The notes under the pieces were generated by a model. The model had not been told where the DNA came from. It saw only the letters and a program-made list of their open reading frames with translations, and ran no database searches. This document shows positions 12,030 to 24,995 of a stretch of DNA of 64,000 nt, in pieces. The position numbers and the translations under genes were made by a program. Within the stretch, counting starts at the first letter, position 1. Each line of letters opens with the position of its first letter. The DNA is from Octopus sinensis (Eukaryota), in contig NC_043016.1 of NCBI RefSeq assembly GCF_006345805.1, forward strand, positions 17,856,001-17,920,000, in the 5' to 3' direction.

Positions 12030-12560
12030 GATAACAGCACTGTCGGCAGCCCCAACAACACCAGTGACAACAACATCCCCAGGCCCGGAGCCAACGAGAA
12101 ACGCACCAGTAATGCGAACACGGCCAGCATCCAAGCCTGTAAGTGCATCGAATCAGCTAGTGCGGCTTTCAATCGACTCTTATATAACCATCGGTCATCC
12201 TTCAGGGTCTCAGAAAGACGATTCTTCACATCCCTGGCCAGCCATGTGTGACGCCTCCAAGATCAAGGACCCCACACGATAGCAAGTGGAAGATCTTAGA
12301 ACGGCCGGCTCCCTGCATCAACAGGAGCATAGTTGAAACAACCAGAATACTTAAAGACTCAATTAGACCTGGCTCGCTGAATACTCCCCAAGAAATATTC
12401 TCACAATGTATCCATTTCAAGCGCTGCCTGATGCATAATCGGGATTCCCCATTTACTGATAATGCTCATAAAAGTCCTTACGATCTGTTAGTAGGCCAAG
12501 AGGTAGATCCTTATTCCCAAAATTGGCTGGTCTAGGGGGGGGGATAACCCGTCCACACCA
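12030..12560 (+). mobile_element. Penelope-like element, GIY-YIG endonuclease C-terminal relic
   Basis: YNHRSSFR..TSLASHV..WKILER..LNTPQEIFSQCIHFKRCLMHN across a frameshift. Confidence 0.7.
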
Positions 12561-12738
12561 ACGCCGAACTTTTATTCCCTGATGACCTTTTGACCAATTA
12601 ATTGACCTTAACAGCACTCCATCTCCGAGAGATAGAGAGTTAAATTTGTCTTCATATAATTTGATGAGCTATCCACAAAGCTGCGGCTTTCATGGATGCG
12701 AAACCATTGGTCACTCTATGACCAGACCTTAACTTCAG

Positions 12739-12801
<63 letters not shown>

Positions 12802-12802
<1 letters not shown>

Positions 12803-13184
12803 GCAGGAGTGGCTGTGTAGTAAGTAACCACATGGTTCCGGGTTCAGTTCCCCTGCGTGGCACCTTGAGCAAGTGTCTTCTACTATAGCTTCAGGTCGAC
12901 CAAAGCCTTGTGAGTGGATTTGGTAGACGGAAACTGAAAGAAGCCCGTCGTATACATGTATATATATATATGTATGTGTATGTGTGTATGTATACGTTTG
13001 CGTGTGTGTTTGTTCCCCCCCCCCTCCAACATCGCTTGACAAGCGATGCTGGTGTGTTTACGTCCCCGTAACTTAGCGGTTCGGCAAAAGAGACCGATAG
13101 AATAAGTACAAAGCTTACACTAAAAGCGGTGCTCCAGCATAGCTGCAGTCAAATGACTGAAACAAGTAAAAGAGTAAAAGAGTA
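12802..13184 (+). mobile_element. SINE family A, full length
   Basis: A box tggctgtgtagt, B box ggttcagttcc, internal TA/TG microsatellite, (AAGAGTA)n tail. Confidence 0.9.
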
Positions 13185-13776
13185 TATATATATATATATA
13201 ACACATACATGCATTCATTCATGCACAGTATCAATGTCCGGGGACAATCTCTCTCTAATGAACTTATACTTACCAGATACAGTGTGACGATGTGAATATA
13301 TTAAATACAAATGAAATACACAGATACTGACTGAGACAGAAACAATGTCTTGATAAGGATACTTAGTAGATATGATATGCCTGTGGCTTAAACGATCAGC
13401 TTGAGTCAGATTAGAATAAAGATAGCCACTTAAAATAACAGGCATAACAAATACTGACGGTCCAACTAGCATTAATTCGCTTCAGTATAGTTTCTGCTTT
13501 CACATAAGCTCTTGGAAAAATCGGTCGACCGAAACCGAGGTTATGGGTACAAGATATGAACATACTTGCCTAAAGTTATCCGCGTTGTAGAATCGAACCT
13601 GAGAGTTCGTGGTTTGCTAATCGAGCATCTTAATCGTACAGCCATGTTTGTATCTTCAAGTACTCAAGATCTATCATATCAACAATCATGTTACATTCTT
13701 GCTAATTTCCTGTGCTTGCAATACAATATTTACACAAACGTTTTCTGTTCAGGTTATTTCTTTTATTGGTTTCTTT

Positions 13777-13820
<44 letters not shown>

Positions 13821-13959
13821 TATTTCTTTATTTAATTATCTATTTATATTTACCTAAAGCAGTAAATATCAGACTTAACATTAATTATACTTACCAGATA
13901 CATTAATTATTAATATGTAGAAGATATGAACAGTTATTACTGGTTTCCATTAGGGCAGA

Positions 13960-13988
13960 TAGAAAGAAAAATAGACAAATAAGCTGTC

Positions 13989-14041
<53 letters not shown>

Positions 14042-14130
14042 CGACAAACAGACAGACAGGTAGGTAGGTAGGTAAGTAGGTAGGTAGGTAGGTAGGTAAG
14101 TAGGTAGGTAGGTAGGTAGGTAGGTAGAAA
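13960..14130. repeat. Compound (GA)n/(GACA)n/(TAGG)n microsatellite
   Basis: Direct reading. Confidence 0.95.
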
Positions 14131-14834
14131 AAGCTAAGCACATATTTGTGTGAGAGAATGTGTGTGTGTATGTGTTAACAGATTCAGCTAGTCACAGTAG
14201 TATCACTTGCTGATTCTGAGAATAACGTTAGGATACATGTCTGTGGAATACTCGGCCACTTCGCACACTCGTCCAATGAGTAGATTGATCGAACAACTGT
14301 CGAAAATCGAAAATCGAAAATCGAAATCGGGGTGCGAAGCCAATATATAATTGTTTTTGTTTGTTGTTTTTTTTATATGTGAAACGAGTATGAACCACGC
14401 GTGAATTAGAAAACGGTGACGAGTGAAAAATTTTGTAAATAGAAAGATCCAGATCCTTCCTAGGATCTCTTCAGTTTGGCTCACAGATTTTTTATTACTA
14501 TTTTTTTTTAACTAAACAATTTGAAATTTCGTATACTGGTGTAATTTCTCACACTGAACACGGTTTACTTTCAACATTTTTGACAAAATTTTGTATTTTA
14601 GAAGAAGTTATTTTGGATCTCTTCAGTTTAGCTTACACTATGTTGATTATTGAAGAGTCATATATTAGGATTAGTACGAGTAGGAATCGAACCCAATCTG
14701 TGTGTGTGTGTGTGTGCTCGCGCGTGTGCGTGAAGTCGGTTTGGCTAGGGACTCAAATATCGGGCTCGCGTTTCTGTTGTGGCTTTGATATCTGTACCAA
14801 GCAGCGAGACGTGTCCCGGAGTAAGGCACTTCTG

Positions 14835-15080
14835 CTTCATGTTGTTCCTCTAGGATAAAGGACAGAGCTCCTTTCCGAGTGACAGACTCATAAGGGCCGG
14901 ATTTCTGTTTTCCCGGTGTATATATATGCCCCACCTGGTTAGGAAGCCGGTCCGTCGCAAGATTACTCATTTTTGCCATCTAAGTGGACTAGAGTAACAG
15001 GGAATGAAGGGTTTTGTTCAAGAACACAAAGCGTCGACCGATCCAGGAATCCAAACCACAATCTTACGATTCAACACACT
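14835..15080 (-). mobile_element. SINE family D (degenerate)
   Basis: actcatttttgcca..gagtggactagag and ttcaagaacaca core shared with 52681. Confidence 0.7.
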
Positions 15081-15214
15081 TACTACTATATATACACAGG
15101 GTACGGTGAATATATTGTCGTCTAAATTACGCAAAAATGAAAATAACTCTGACAACTCGTTTGAACAGATATCTATTTACCAAAATTACATAAAAATGCC
15201 GAGAAATACTAAAG

Positions 15215-15895
15215 AGTAAGTTTATTTAACCACGGCCTCCAGACGACTTCGGAATCTCTTGCTACTCTGTTGGACAGTCTCCTTGTTTAAGTCAGTGAAT
15301 GCTGCCATAATTCTTGCCTTCAGTTCATCTTTGGTGTAATAAGGAGTTTTGTTTGTCTCTTGCTCAACTGCGCCCCACATATAATAATCAAGGGGGTTAC
15401 AGTCTGAAGAGTTAGGTGGCCAGATGTTAGGTGCGATGAGGTCGCGGAAATTGTCTGACAGCCATGACTGGGTTCTCTTGTTTATGTGGCATGGTGCAAA
15501 GTCTTGTTGCCAGACATGGGGTCTCCAGGCACTTGAGTCTGAGGCCGCGTGGGAAGCTGAATGGAGGCATAACGTCGCCATCAAACACCATGATGTTGAC
15601 TGGATATTTGATTTTTTTTATCACTCTCAGTACATGTCCTCATATTGAATTGTCCTAAGATTGACACCCAAAAACTCTAAAATGTTCGTACTGGAGCTTC
15701 CGGTGCGAATACCAAGTAGTACAGCATGTTGTTTCCAAACTTCTGGCTGAGTAAATTGCGTCATGGTGCTCTTTTTCTCACAGACGGTGCCCAACTGACC
15801 CTACTATACTGTGTAGTTGACAAAATCAAAAACAATGTGCATGCGCAAAATTAAAAATATAAAATGGTGACAATTTACCCATCACAACATATATA
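15215..15895 (-). mobile_element. mariner-like (maT/DD37D) transposase relic
   Basis: QQDFAPCH..WPPNSSDCNPLDYYMWGAVE..FRSRLEAVVK. Confidence 0.85.
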
Positions 15896-15899
15896 TATA

Positions 15900-16092
15900 T
15901 ATATATTTCTTCCCTGGACTGGACGGCGGTACGTCACAGGAACAGACAGGTACAACTCGTTTTTACCCGCTGAGTGGACTGGAGCAATTAAGTGTTTTGC
16001 TCAAGGACACAACACATCGTCCAGTCAAGGGATTGAAGCCACAATCTTACGATCATGACTCCAACACCCTAACCACTAAGCCACATGCCTCC
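15900..16092 (-). mobile_element. SINE family D
   Basis: Head tggaggcatgtggcttagtggttagggtg plus D core. Confidence 0.75.
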
Positions 16093-16192
16093 ACTGTTAC
16101 TTCACTCTTCTGAGTGAAAATGCAAGAGAAACAGAAGGCGACAGAAAGGAAAGGTTGAGGGGGATCCTCAGCAAATTTCAAGTTCGTATTTT

Positions 16193-16580
16193 GGAGTGGC
16201 TGTGTGGTAAGTAGCTTGCTTACCAGCCACATGGTTCCGGGTTCAGTCCCACTGCGCGGTACTTTGGGCAAGTGTCTTCTACTATAGCCTCGGGCCGACC
16301 AAAGCCCTGTGAGTGCATTTGGTAAACGGAAACTGAAAGAAGCCCATCATGTGTGTGTGTGTGTTTGTGTGTCTGTGTTTGTCCCCCCCCCCACCACCAC
16401 CACCACCAACATCGCTGGACAAACGATGCTGGTGTATTTACGTACCCGTAACTTAGCGGTTCGGCAAAAGAGACCGATAGAATAAATACTAGGCTGACAA
16501 AGAATAAGTCGATTTGTTCGACTTAAGACGGTGCTCCAGCATGGCCGCAGTCAAATGACTGAAACAAATAAAAGAATAGA
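16193..16580 (+). mobile_element. SINE family A, full length
   Basis: Same structure as 12802. Confidence 0.9.
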
Positions 16581-16991
16581 TAAATAACTACAAAACATTC
16601 TGATTTTTTTTTTTTTTAACTCCTTAGCAAAGCAAATATTTAAGATCAAATTCCTGCATTATTTTGCTCGTCTCGTTTTTTATTGGGTTACTTTTTTCAT
16701 TCCTTTTTTAGGTTTCTTTTTTCTTTAAACTTTTGCGGATTTTCCCTTGTTTTTATTCTTTCATTTCTGCCTTTATTTATTTATTTATTTACTAAATTCC
16801 GCTTTGTTCGTTCAATCAATTTCCACCACATGTAGCCATAACATGTGGCTATTAATTTTCTTTGCTTTAGTAAGAAAAAGAAGAAAAAGATGATGATGAT
16901 GATGATGATAGTAGTAGTGGTGGTAGTTTTGATGGCAGTGTTTACGACGAGATTGATGATAAAGAAGGCCAATATAATCATCACTATCACT

Positions 16992-17022
<31 letters not shown>

Positions 17023-17235
17023 TGGCAGTTGTGATGCCAAATGTTGATTGATATCATTGTGTAAAAAAAAAAAAGAGATCATATTCTCTGTTTTCCTAGC
17101 CGTGGGTATAAGTTTGTTTGACTTTTTTTTTTATTACATTTACAGATTTTGCAGTTTAGAAATTTATTTATTTATTTATTTAGTTCTTAAGATTAGTTTG
17201 GTTTTTTTTTGGGGGGGGGGGGGTTAATAAATAAG

Positions 17236-17411
17236 GCGTAGGCGCGGCTGTGTGGTAAGAAACTTGCGTCCCAACCACATGATTCCGGGTTCAGTCCCGC
17301 TGCGTGGCACCTTGGGCAAGTGTCTTCTACTATAGCTTCGAGCCGACCAAAGCCTTGTGAGTGGATTTGGTAGACGGAAACTGAAAGAAGCCCGTCGTAT
17401 ACATATATATA

Positions 17412-17452
<41 letters not shown>

Positions 17453-17660
17453 ATGTGTGTGTGTGTTCATGTATTCCCCACCATCGCTTGACAGCCGATG
17501 TCGATGTGTTTATATCCACGTATCTCAGCGGTTCGGCAAAAGTGACCCTTAGAATAAGTACTAGGCTAAAAATGAATGTCCTGGGGTCGATTTGTTCGAC
17601 TAAAGACGGTGCTCCAGCATGTCCGCTGTTAAATGGCTGAAACAAGTAAAATAATAAAAG
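17236..17660 (+). mobile_element. SINE family A, full length
   Basis: Same structure as 12802. Confidence 0.9.
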
Positions 17661-17795
17661 AAAAAAGAACATTTCGCCGAAATATATTTTTTCTTGGAAT
17701 TTCAACATCATCTCTAACCATCTCTCATAACTGCCACGCCACCAGTTTTAGCATTACCATTTATTCACAAACACATACACAAATGCATAGGAAGG

Positions 17796-18120
17796 AGCAC
17801 TCCGTCGGTTAGGACGACGAGGGTCCCAGCTGATACGATCAACGGAACAGCTTGCTCGTGAAATTAACGTGCAAATGGCCGAGCAGTCCACAGACACGTG
17901 TGTCCTTAACGTAGTTATCAGGGAGATCCAGCGTGACACAGATTGTGACATGGCTGGCCCCCCCTTTGAATTACAGGTACGACTCATTTTTGCCACCTGA
18001 GTGGACTGGAGCAACGTGAAATGAAGTGTCTTGCTCGAGGACGCAACGCGTCGCCGGGAATTGAACTCGTGACCTTACGATCGTGAGCCGAATGCTCTAA
18101 CCACTAAGCCACGCGCCTAC
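17796..18120 (-). mobile_element. SINE: D-type head with C-type tail
   Basis: Head and core match 52681; tail matches 26062-26250. Confidence 0.8.
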
Positions 18121-18289
18121 ACTACAAACGCATATACATGCATAAACACACACACACGCGCGCGCGCGCGCGGATTGTGACACACTGAAATTTCTGCAGC
18201 AGAAGAAAGAGACCAGTAACTATGTTGCCTAGGTTAGTGACTACGAAACCAACAACACTATTAGGAAAGCTAATGAACTTGAGGAAAAG

Positions 18290-19625
18290 CATGAAATAAG
18301 AGCCGTTACAAGGAGCATTAGTAAAATCTGTTTATCAGAACAACAGAAAACAAAATGGACCACGTCACAAAGAAGATAGTGCAGGGTAGTTGGCACATAA
18401 AACACAAGAGACACAAGGGGTTGATCATGTCAAAAGCTTGGTATGGAGTACCGACGACTTTATGACATCCCACTTTGAAGGCTGCATCTATGCAATCCAT
18501 AAACAAGAGATCCCTGCCAAGTATATATATGTGACCCCTTTCGGTAATGAATGACCATGAGATTGCACCTAGAAATATACCCTCCGAGGTACAAGTCAGG
18601 ACAAGGTTGTTTATGGAAGACCAGCAGTCACCCACGTATACCAGCCCCCTCTCCACGCCACCGATGTTATCCAAGGGAAAGGCAAAGGCCGATACAGCTT
18701 GGCACCAGTGACGTCGCAGCTCATTTCTTAACGTGCAAGTGGCTGAGCACTCCACAGACACGTGTACCCTTAACGTAGATCTCGGGGAGATTCAGCGTGA
18801 CACAGAGTGTGACAAGGCTGGCCCTTTGAAATACAGGTACAACAGAAGCAGGAAGAAAGAGTGAGAGATCAGTTGTGGCGAAAGAGTACAGCAGGGTTTA
18901 CCACCAACCCCTGCCGGAGCCTCGTGGAGCTTTATATGTTTTCGCTCAATAAACACTCACAATGCCCGGTCTGGGAATCGAAACCGCGATGCTATGACCG
19001 CGAGTCCGCTGCCGTAACCACTAGACCATTGCCAAGTGCTTACATCCCCGCCACGTACCAACAGATAAAAGGCTGGAGACGTTGACAGACAACAAATGTA
19101 AGCTTTGCAAGACCAAAACTGAAGACATCAACCATATTATTGCCAACTATGAGAATATGTCTTCCAGATATCATCTTCTCGTGAGGCATAATGAAGTCTG
19201 GAACAGAATAACAAAATAAGAAGTTGACCATATTGAGACCGAAGAGTCAAAGGAATATTGGTGGAACTTAAAAATAAAAGATATAACAGACACCAAGTTA
19301 AAACACAAGCGGCCAGATAGCGTTGTGTGGGACCACAAAGAAAAGATACGTTCTGTTGTGGAAGTCAGCTGTCCTCTGAATACGAATGTGGTTTAAAATT
19401 TGCAAGAGAAAAGGGACATTTATAGACTATTGACAAAAGAGTTTGTAAAACTAGTACCCACGTTATGCTTTCAGCTTCTTACCTATTATCATTAGAGCAA
19501 CCTGTCTGGTGAATGGCTGAAGTTGGGATCTTGGGGAGAGAATGCGAATCCTTAATTCATATGCTACAAGTGATCACGATACCTGGGACTATAAAAATCT
19601 GCAAGACATTAAGATTTAAAGGATC
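18290..19625 (+). mobile_element. R4/Dong-type REL LINE relic split by a SINE
   Basis: FEGCIYAIHKQEIPAK, then CKLCKTKTEDINHII..RHNEV (zinc knuckle) and YWWNLKI..HKRPDSVVWD..VEVSCP (REL). Confidence 0.8.
18523..19029 (-). mobile_element. Chimeric SINE (C head/body plus RTE-like D tail) with 8 bp TSD
   Basis: TGCCAAGT at 18515-18522 and 19030-19037; module junction at about 18728. Confidence 0.8.
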
Positions 19626-19913
19626 GTGATTAAAACAAGATGCTCCCTTTCGCAACCTTGCTACCAAGTAGGTGGCCAGTCAAAATTTATCTAAATTAAA
19701 AAGACAAAGAGAAAACACACATACATACATACATGCATGCATGCATATATGTGCATCCATACACGCTTATTCGCACATATGTGAAAATCCAAATTTATAT
19801 ACAAAATAGAGACATCGAGGTGGTGCTCCTGCATGACCACAGTCCAATGACTGAAACGAGTAAAGAGATACAGGGATGTAATCTGTGCATGCACACACAC
19901 ACCTATATTAGGG

Positions 19914-19948
<35 letters not shown>

Positions 19949-19974
19949 GAGGCGCATCATTATATGTAAGCACG

Positions 19975-20209
19975 AAGGCAGCGAGCTAGCACAAACGTTT
20001 GCACGCCGGGCGAAATGCTTAGCGGTATTTCGTCTGTTGTTACGTTGTGAGTTCAAATTCCGCCGAGGTCGACTTTGCCATTCAGCTTTTCATGGTCGAC
20101 TAAATAAGTACCAGTTACGTACTAGGGTCGATGTGATCAACTTAATCCGTTTGTCTCTCCTTGTTTGTCCCCTCTATGTTTAGCCCCCATGTGAGCAATA
20201 AAGAAATAA
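19975..20209 (+). mobile_element. SINE family B monomer with tail 2
   Basis: Ends tgtcccctctatgtttagcccccatgtgagcaataaagaaata. Confidence 0.85.
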
Positions 20210-20827
20210 ACATATTTAAGCACGAATATATACATGCGCACAAGTATATATCTATGCATTTATATATGTACGTATATACGTGTGGGTGTGTGTACGAATG
20301 AAGAAATGCATATGAAAGAATTTTACACCAGTCCATATGACGTATGAATTAATATTTTAGCTGAAAGTTAAATTATTTACGAAAGATTTATCGTTTCTCT
20401 TTGTGAATTGTTCAAGTAACGAGTAAAGAGGAGAGAAAAAATTCTCAACTTTTGATATATTGGGCGAAATGTGTTGATAGGTTAAAGAAACATAGAAGAC
20501 TCAAATAGACGGTCAAAGAGAAGAGTGATAATGTTTGCTAAGTTTATGATGAAGAAAACCGTTAATATTTATGGGGGGAAACCCATACTTGAAGTCTTTA
20601 TATCTCATGTACATATGGAAAATTAAAATATTAATAATTTGAATGCTACGTAGGAAAGGGGGATGAATCTAATGTTATTAACAAACTCGGTGAAAGGTTT
20701 GGTTTGAAAAAAGGAAGTGTGTGTGTGATATTCAGAGTTTCTGATTATTGATAGATGTAAATTACGACTTCTGAGTAGTGCTCTTCATGATGCAGAGGCA
20801 AGATAATCCTTCCTATAAACATTATAG

Positions 20828-21249
20828 GGATCTTTTCGGTTTGAACGGCAGTTTTTTCTAGCGGTGTCATATGAAATTGCCACCCATAATTATGACCCTA
20901 GAATCGATCTATTGCATTTCAATCTGTTTTAGGGTTAGGGTTAGTTAGGGTTAGGGTTAGTTAGGGTTAGGGGTGGGGGAAGGGTATCTTTTTTTCTTCA
21001 CAAATGTAAATAAACCCAATCTGTTTCTTAAACGAGGGTCATATTCATACGGCTCAGTATGCTTTTTAACTCAATAGACGTCATTGATTGGTTGAAATTG
21101 CAGAAATTGAAGAAAAAAAAACAACAAATATCTTACAAACTATAGAATTTTCTCAAAAAAGCCAAGAGAAAAAGATGTTTTATAAAGTTTTAAATTTTTT
21201 AGTTACCTAGAAATTATGTTAAAAACTGCCGTTCAAACCGAAAAGATCC
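20828..21249. mobile_element. Merlin-like MITE (GG termini, 8 bp TSD) containing TTAGGG repeats
   Basis: TIR GGATCTTTTCGGTTTGAACGGCAGTTTTT; TSD CATTATAG/TATTATAG; second copy at 37126. Superfamily assignment is by TSD and termini only. Confidence 0.75.
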
Positions 21250-21257
21250 TATTATAG

Positions 21258-21690
21258 GAATAAAACCCGAAATTTGATGGGAGGGGATAGTCGTCTGTAT
21301 CGACTCTAGTGCTTGACTGGTACTCAGGGTCATCTTAGCGGCATCATAGGCTCCCGAGCAAAACAATGCACTTTTTTCTATAGTATTTATGTATTGACAG
21401 CAAGCCACAAAAGAAATAGATCAGAACCGGGTACCTATAGCATTTATTTATTCACAGCAAGGCACTGCATACATAGATTCGAATTGGGTTCCAATACCCA
21501 TGAAGCCCCTGGGCAATTGTCCAGTGCGCTCATGCCTTAAGACTGTGCTGCCACTACTTATTTTTATTGACACCGAAACGGGGAAAAGTGAAGTCGACCT
21601 CGGTGACATTTGAACTCAGAACGTATAGCCAGAAGAAATGCTGCGAAGCATTTAGTCCGGTGAGATAACGACTCTACCACCTCATCGCCT
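21258..21690 (-). mobile_element. SINE family B interrupted by a hAT-like MITE
   Basis: B body resumes after 21550; the Merlin-like MITE sits in its tail. Confidence 0.7.
21325..21550. mobile_element. hAT-like MITE
   Basis: Degenerate TIRs CAGGGTCATCTTA / TAAGACTGTGCTG; degraded 8 bp TSD ctggtact/ccactact. Confidence 0.55.
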
Positions 21691-21715
21691 TTGTAGAAGC
21701 AATATAATTTTTTAA

Positions 21716-22130
21716 AATGGTGGTGAGCTGATAGAATCGTTAGCACGCCGGACAAAATGCTTAGCGGTATTTCGGCTGCCGTTACGTTCTGAGTTCAAAT
21801 TCCGCCGAGGGCGACTTTGCCTTTCATCCTTTCGGGGTCGATTAAATAAGTACCAGTTATGCACTGGGGTCGATGTAATCGACTAAGCCCGTTTGTCCGT
21901 CCTTGTTTGTCCCTTCTGTGTTTAGCCCCTTGTGGGTAGTAAAGAAATAGGTATTTCGTCTGCCGTTACGTTCTGAGTTCAAATTCCGCCGAGGTCGACT
22001 TTGCCTTTCATCCTTTCGGGGTCGATTAAATAAGTACCAGTTGCGCACTGGAGTAGATGAAATTGACTTAATCCCTTTCTCTGTTCTTGTTTGGCCTCTC
22101 TGTGTTTAGTCCCTTGTAGGCAATAAAGAA
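21716..22130 (+). mobile_element. SINE family B dimer (tail 2 plus tail 2)
   Basis: GGTATTTCG(G/T)CTG at 21766-21778 and 21950-21962. Confidence 0.85.
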
Positions 22131-23018
22131 ATAAATATAATTTTAAAAAAAACAATGAATATTTTATAAAAATGTCCAGTGGAACAACTGTTTTAACAGT
22201 TGTTCTGTTCTTTTAAGAACAGAATTAATAAAGGGAAATAGGATGAACTTCGATTGAGTGTCGAAGCTCGTTATTACATTGTCATATGAACTGAAATAAA
22301 ATTTTAAAATGTGCGGAGAAGCGTGATTTGGCTGTTATTACAGGTTTAGAATGCATAAAAATAAATAGATGTACATAACGGCTATCTGCTACGGTTTATA
22401 GTTGGTTTGAAAAGTTTAAGACATTTGAAATTTCTGTGTCGGTTAATGCTCTTACAATACCTGTAATGGTATTATGGTCGGAGAGAAACAGATTAAGTTT
22501 AGATAGATGGTGTTACCTAAATATGTCGCAAAATTAGCAGTGCAGCATGAAATTTTAATGTAAATTTTGTAAAATATTTTGTAAGATATATATATATATA
22601 TATATATTGAGGAGGGAAATGTTTATTCAGCAAAGATTAGAATATTTTGATAAATAGTGTAACTGCAGATAAATTTCACAGCAGATTAAATCAGATTGTA
22701 TTTCTTCCACTTTTGGTTTTTATTTTGTTTGAATTTGGAATACACTGCGGAAGACAGCATCGTTGTAGTTTAAAGATTGATAGACGACAGTGAAGTATTT
22801 TGATTAAATTATTTATAATGTTTGCCTCTGTGGTGTCGTATTTTCATTCCGTTTTCGATAAAGATTCATGTCAAAGAAGACATGTTAAAGTTCTTCGATT
22901 GCAATATTAGTTTCTGTAATAACAAGTAGTTTTATATTTTTTTATCAAAAGTATGTAAATTCTTCTGAAACTCTTCGACTTCGGATGTGATGTGTTTCCT
23001 AGGACACAGGGCTATCTT

Positions 23019-23652
23019 TATTTTACTAAATTTGCCACAAGGGCAGCACACAGAGAAGCTTGCGGGCTGGACACGGTCATTAATGGGATGATGAATGATA
23101 ATGATACAAGGATTATAAGGATGGGAGAAGGCGAACAGCGCCCGCCGACTTTCGCTTCTCTAAAACATTGTTGTTGTTTTTTTTTAAATAACACACAGAG
23201 GCAATAAACCTCTTACACAGTTCAGTAAGGAAAAAACACAAAGGAGGCAATGATCCTCTTACTTTTTTACATTAAAAAAGGGGTCTTTTTGAGGTAATAC
23301 ACACCTCTTACACAAATTTACAATAATTCAGCTTTTCTGTCCGACCAGGCTCCTCGCTTCACTGAAGCACCTAGTCGGTTTCAAGCTTGAGCACTTCATC
23401 ATATATTTGAAGGAGTCCGCCGAGAAGGAATTCATTATCCTGCACAGATCGGTCTCCCATTTGACCTCCGCAACCACCTGCGAAGGCCACTCAGGGTCCT
23501 CCGTACAGGACAGAAGCCCTTCCCACCGGCCCGGCCATTCCTTTCAATTTTGCCAATTACACTCTGCAATGTCCCTCCCTTGTGGAGGAGGACCACAAAT
23601 TCCTCCTCCAGCGGCACACCCGCCGAAGGAGCATCGGGACACGCCGGCAGCG
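23019..23652 (-). mobile_element. 5'-truncated GC-rich retroelement with 17 bp TSD and Tx1-like tail
   Basis: GGACACAGGGCTATCTT at 23002-23018 and 23653-23669. Minus-strand end ctctgtgtgctgcccttgtggcaaatttagtaaaata. Confidence 0.75.
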
Positions 23653-24371
23653 GGACACAGGGCTATCTTATCAGCAGAAATGACCTTCAACATTAATTTT
23701 GATAAGCAGTTTAAGCTTATGTATAATATCGCTCACCTCAGTTGAAAATTTTTCGCTACATGCTTATATCAAAATCCTGATCTTAATAACTTCTAAATTC
23801 GTTTTTACTATCTTCTCCACTTCTCTTCTACGATTACAGTACGCCTCTGCAGCTTTCATTCAGATTTATTCACATATCCATATCTGACATAGAAATCCAA
23901 ATCGTAATGACTCGTAACTAAATTCGTTCTTACTCTCTTCCCCACTTCTTTTCCGTTACACCTCTTCCCTACAGCTTTCACTCAACATTACTTACATATC
24001 CAGTGAGAGATATGTTATTCGATAATTTCTTGCAATATAGTTTATAATATCTTGCAATATAGAGAGATATGTATTATCTGGTAATTTCTAATCGCAATAC
24101 AGACGCCACCAATTTATCAACCAGCGCTACTGTTAAATAATTCTATTTGATTGAAAAGTATCAAGCTTTTATTTCACTGCCAAAACAATTACTAATTATA
24201 TTACATCAAGCCGTAGAACAATTTCTTGAAGATGCAATATTCACGTTGTAAAAAACTAAAGTATTGTATGCCACTTTTTTTTTTATTATTATTAACTATC
24301 TCAGCTGTACTTTAAACGTTCCATTTTCAACTCAATTACAAATACCCGCTGAGTTGACGGAGTAACAGAAA

Positions 24372-24413
<42 letters not shown>

Positions 24414-24675
24414 AACTGTCGCCATCACTCCATCTCAACGTTAGCAGAGAAAAGAAAACAATTACTTCCTTTAATAACCATAGTAGTTTAGAATATCAAA
24501 CAAAGATTGTCTCCCTTATTCAATATGTCATTCAACGCCTGTGAAGTCTTCAAAGGAGAAACCTGATTAGAAATTTTTATTCCAAGATAGTTTGCTTGAC
24601 AAGGAAGCTGCAATGGTGAAATAAGTGGCGGAATAACAATTTAAGAACTATTATGTACTATTATGTTTTATCTTA

Positions 24676-24995
24676 TTTCGTTTCTTTATTACCCATAAAG
24701 GGCCGACATAGAGGAGACAGCAACAACATGATTTGGGGGGTCATGTACAACGAATGATTGTTAAAAATTTAAAACGACAAAAAATTTATCAGAAAACGAA
24801 TGAAACACAAAATACAAAAACATACAAAAATAAAAAAAAACAGTATGAGGTTAAAAAAGAACAGGTAAACTCCGACCCCACGAGCCCTGTCCTTTTAACC
24901 GACACCTTTGGTAGTGCTTACGGCGTGCTCACACACAGGGCCTTTCGCTCCCATTATGTTTTGTCTCATTTGTCATTTGTTTTCAAGCTATGAAT
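24676..24995 (-). mobile_element. Retroelement 3' fragment with Tx1-like tail
   Basis: Minus-strand end tgtctcctctatgtcggccctttatgggtaataaagaaa. Confidence 0.5.

Noticed and set aside
20928-20975. Interstitial telomere or fusion scar
   Set aside because: It lies inside a TIR-bounded MITE present twice.
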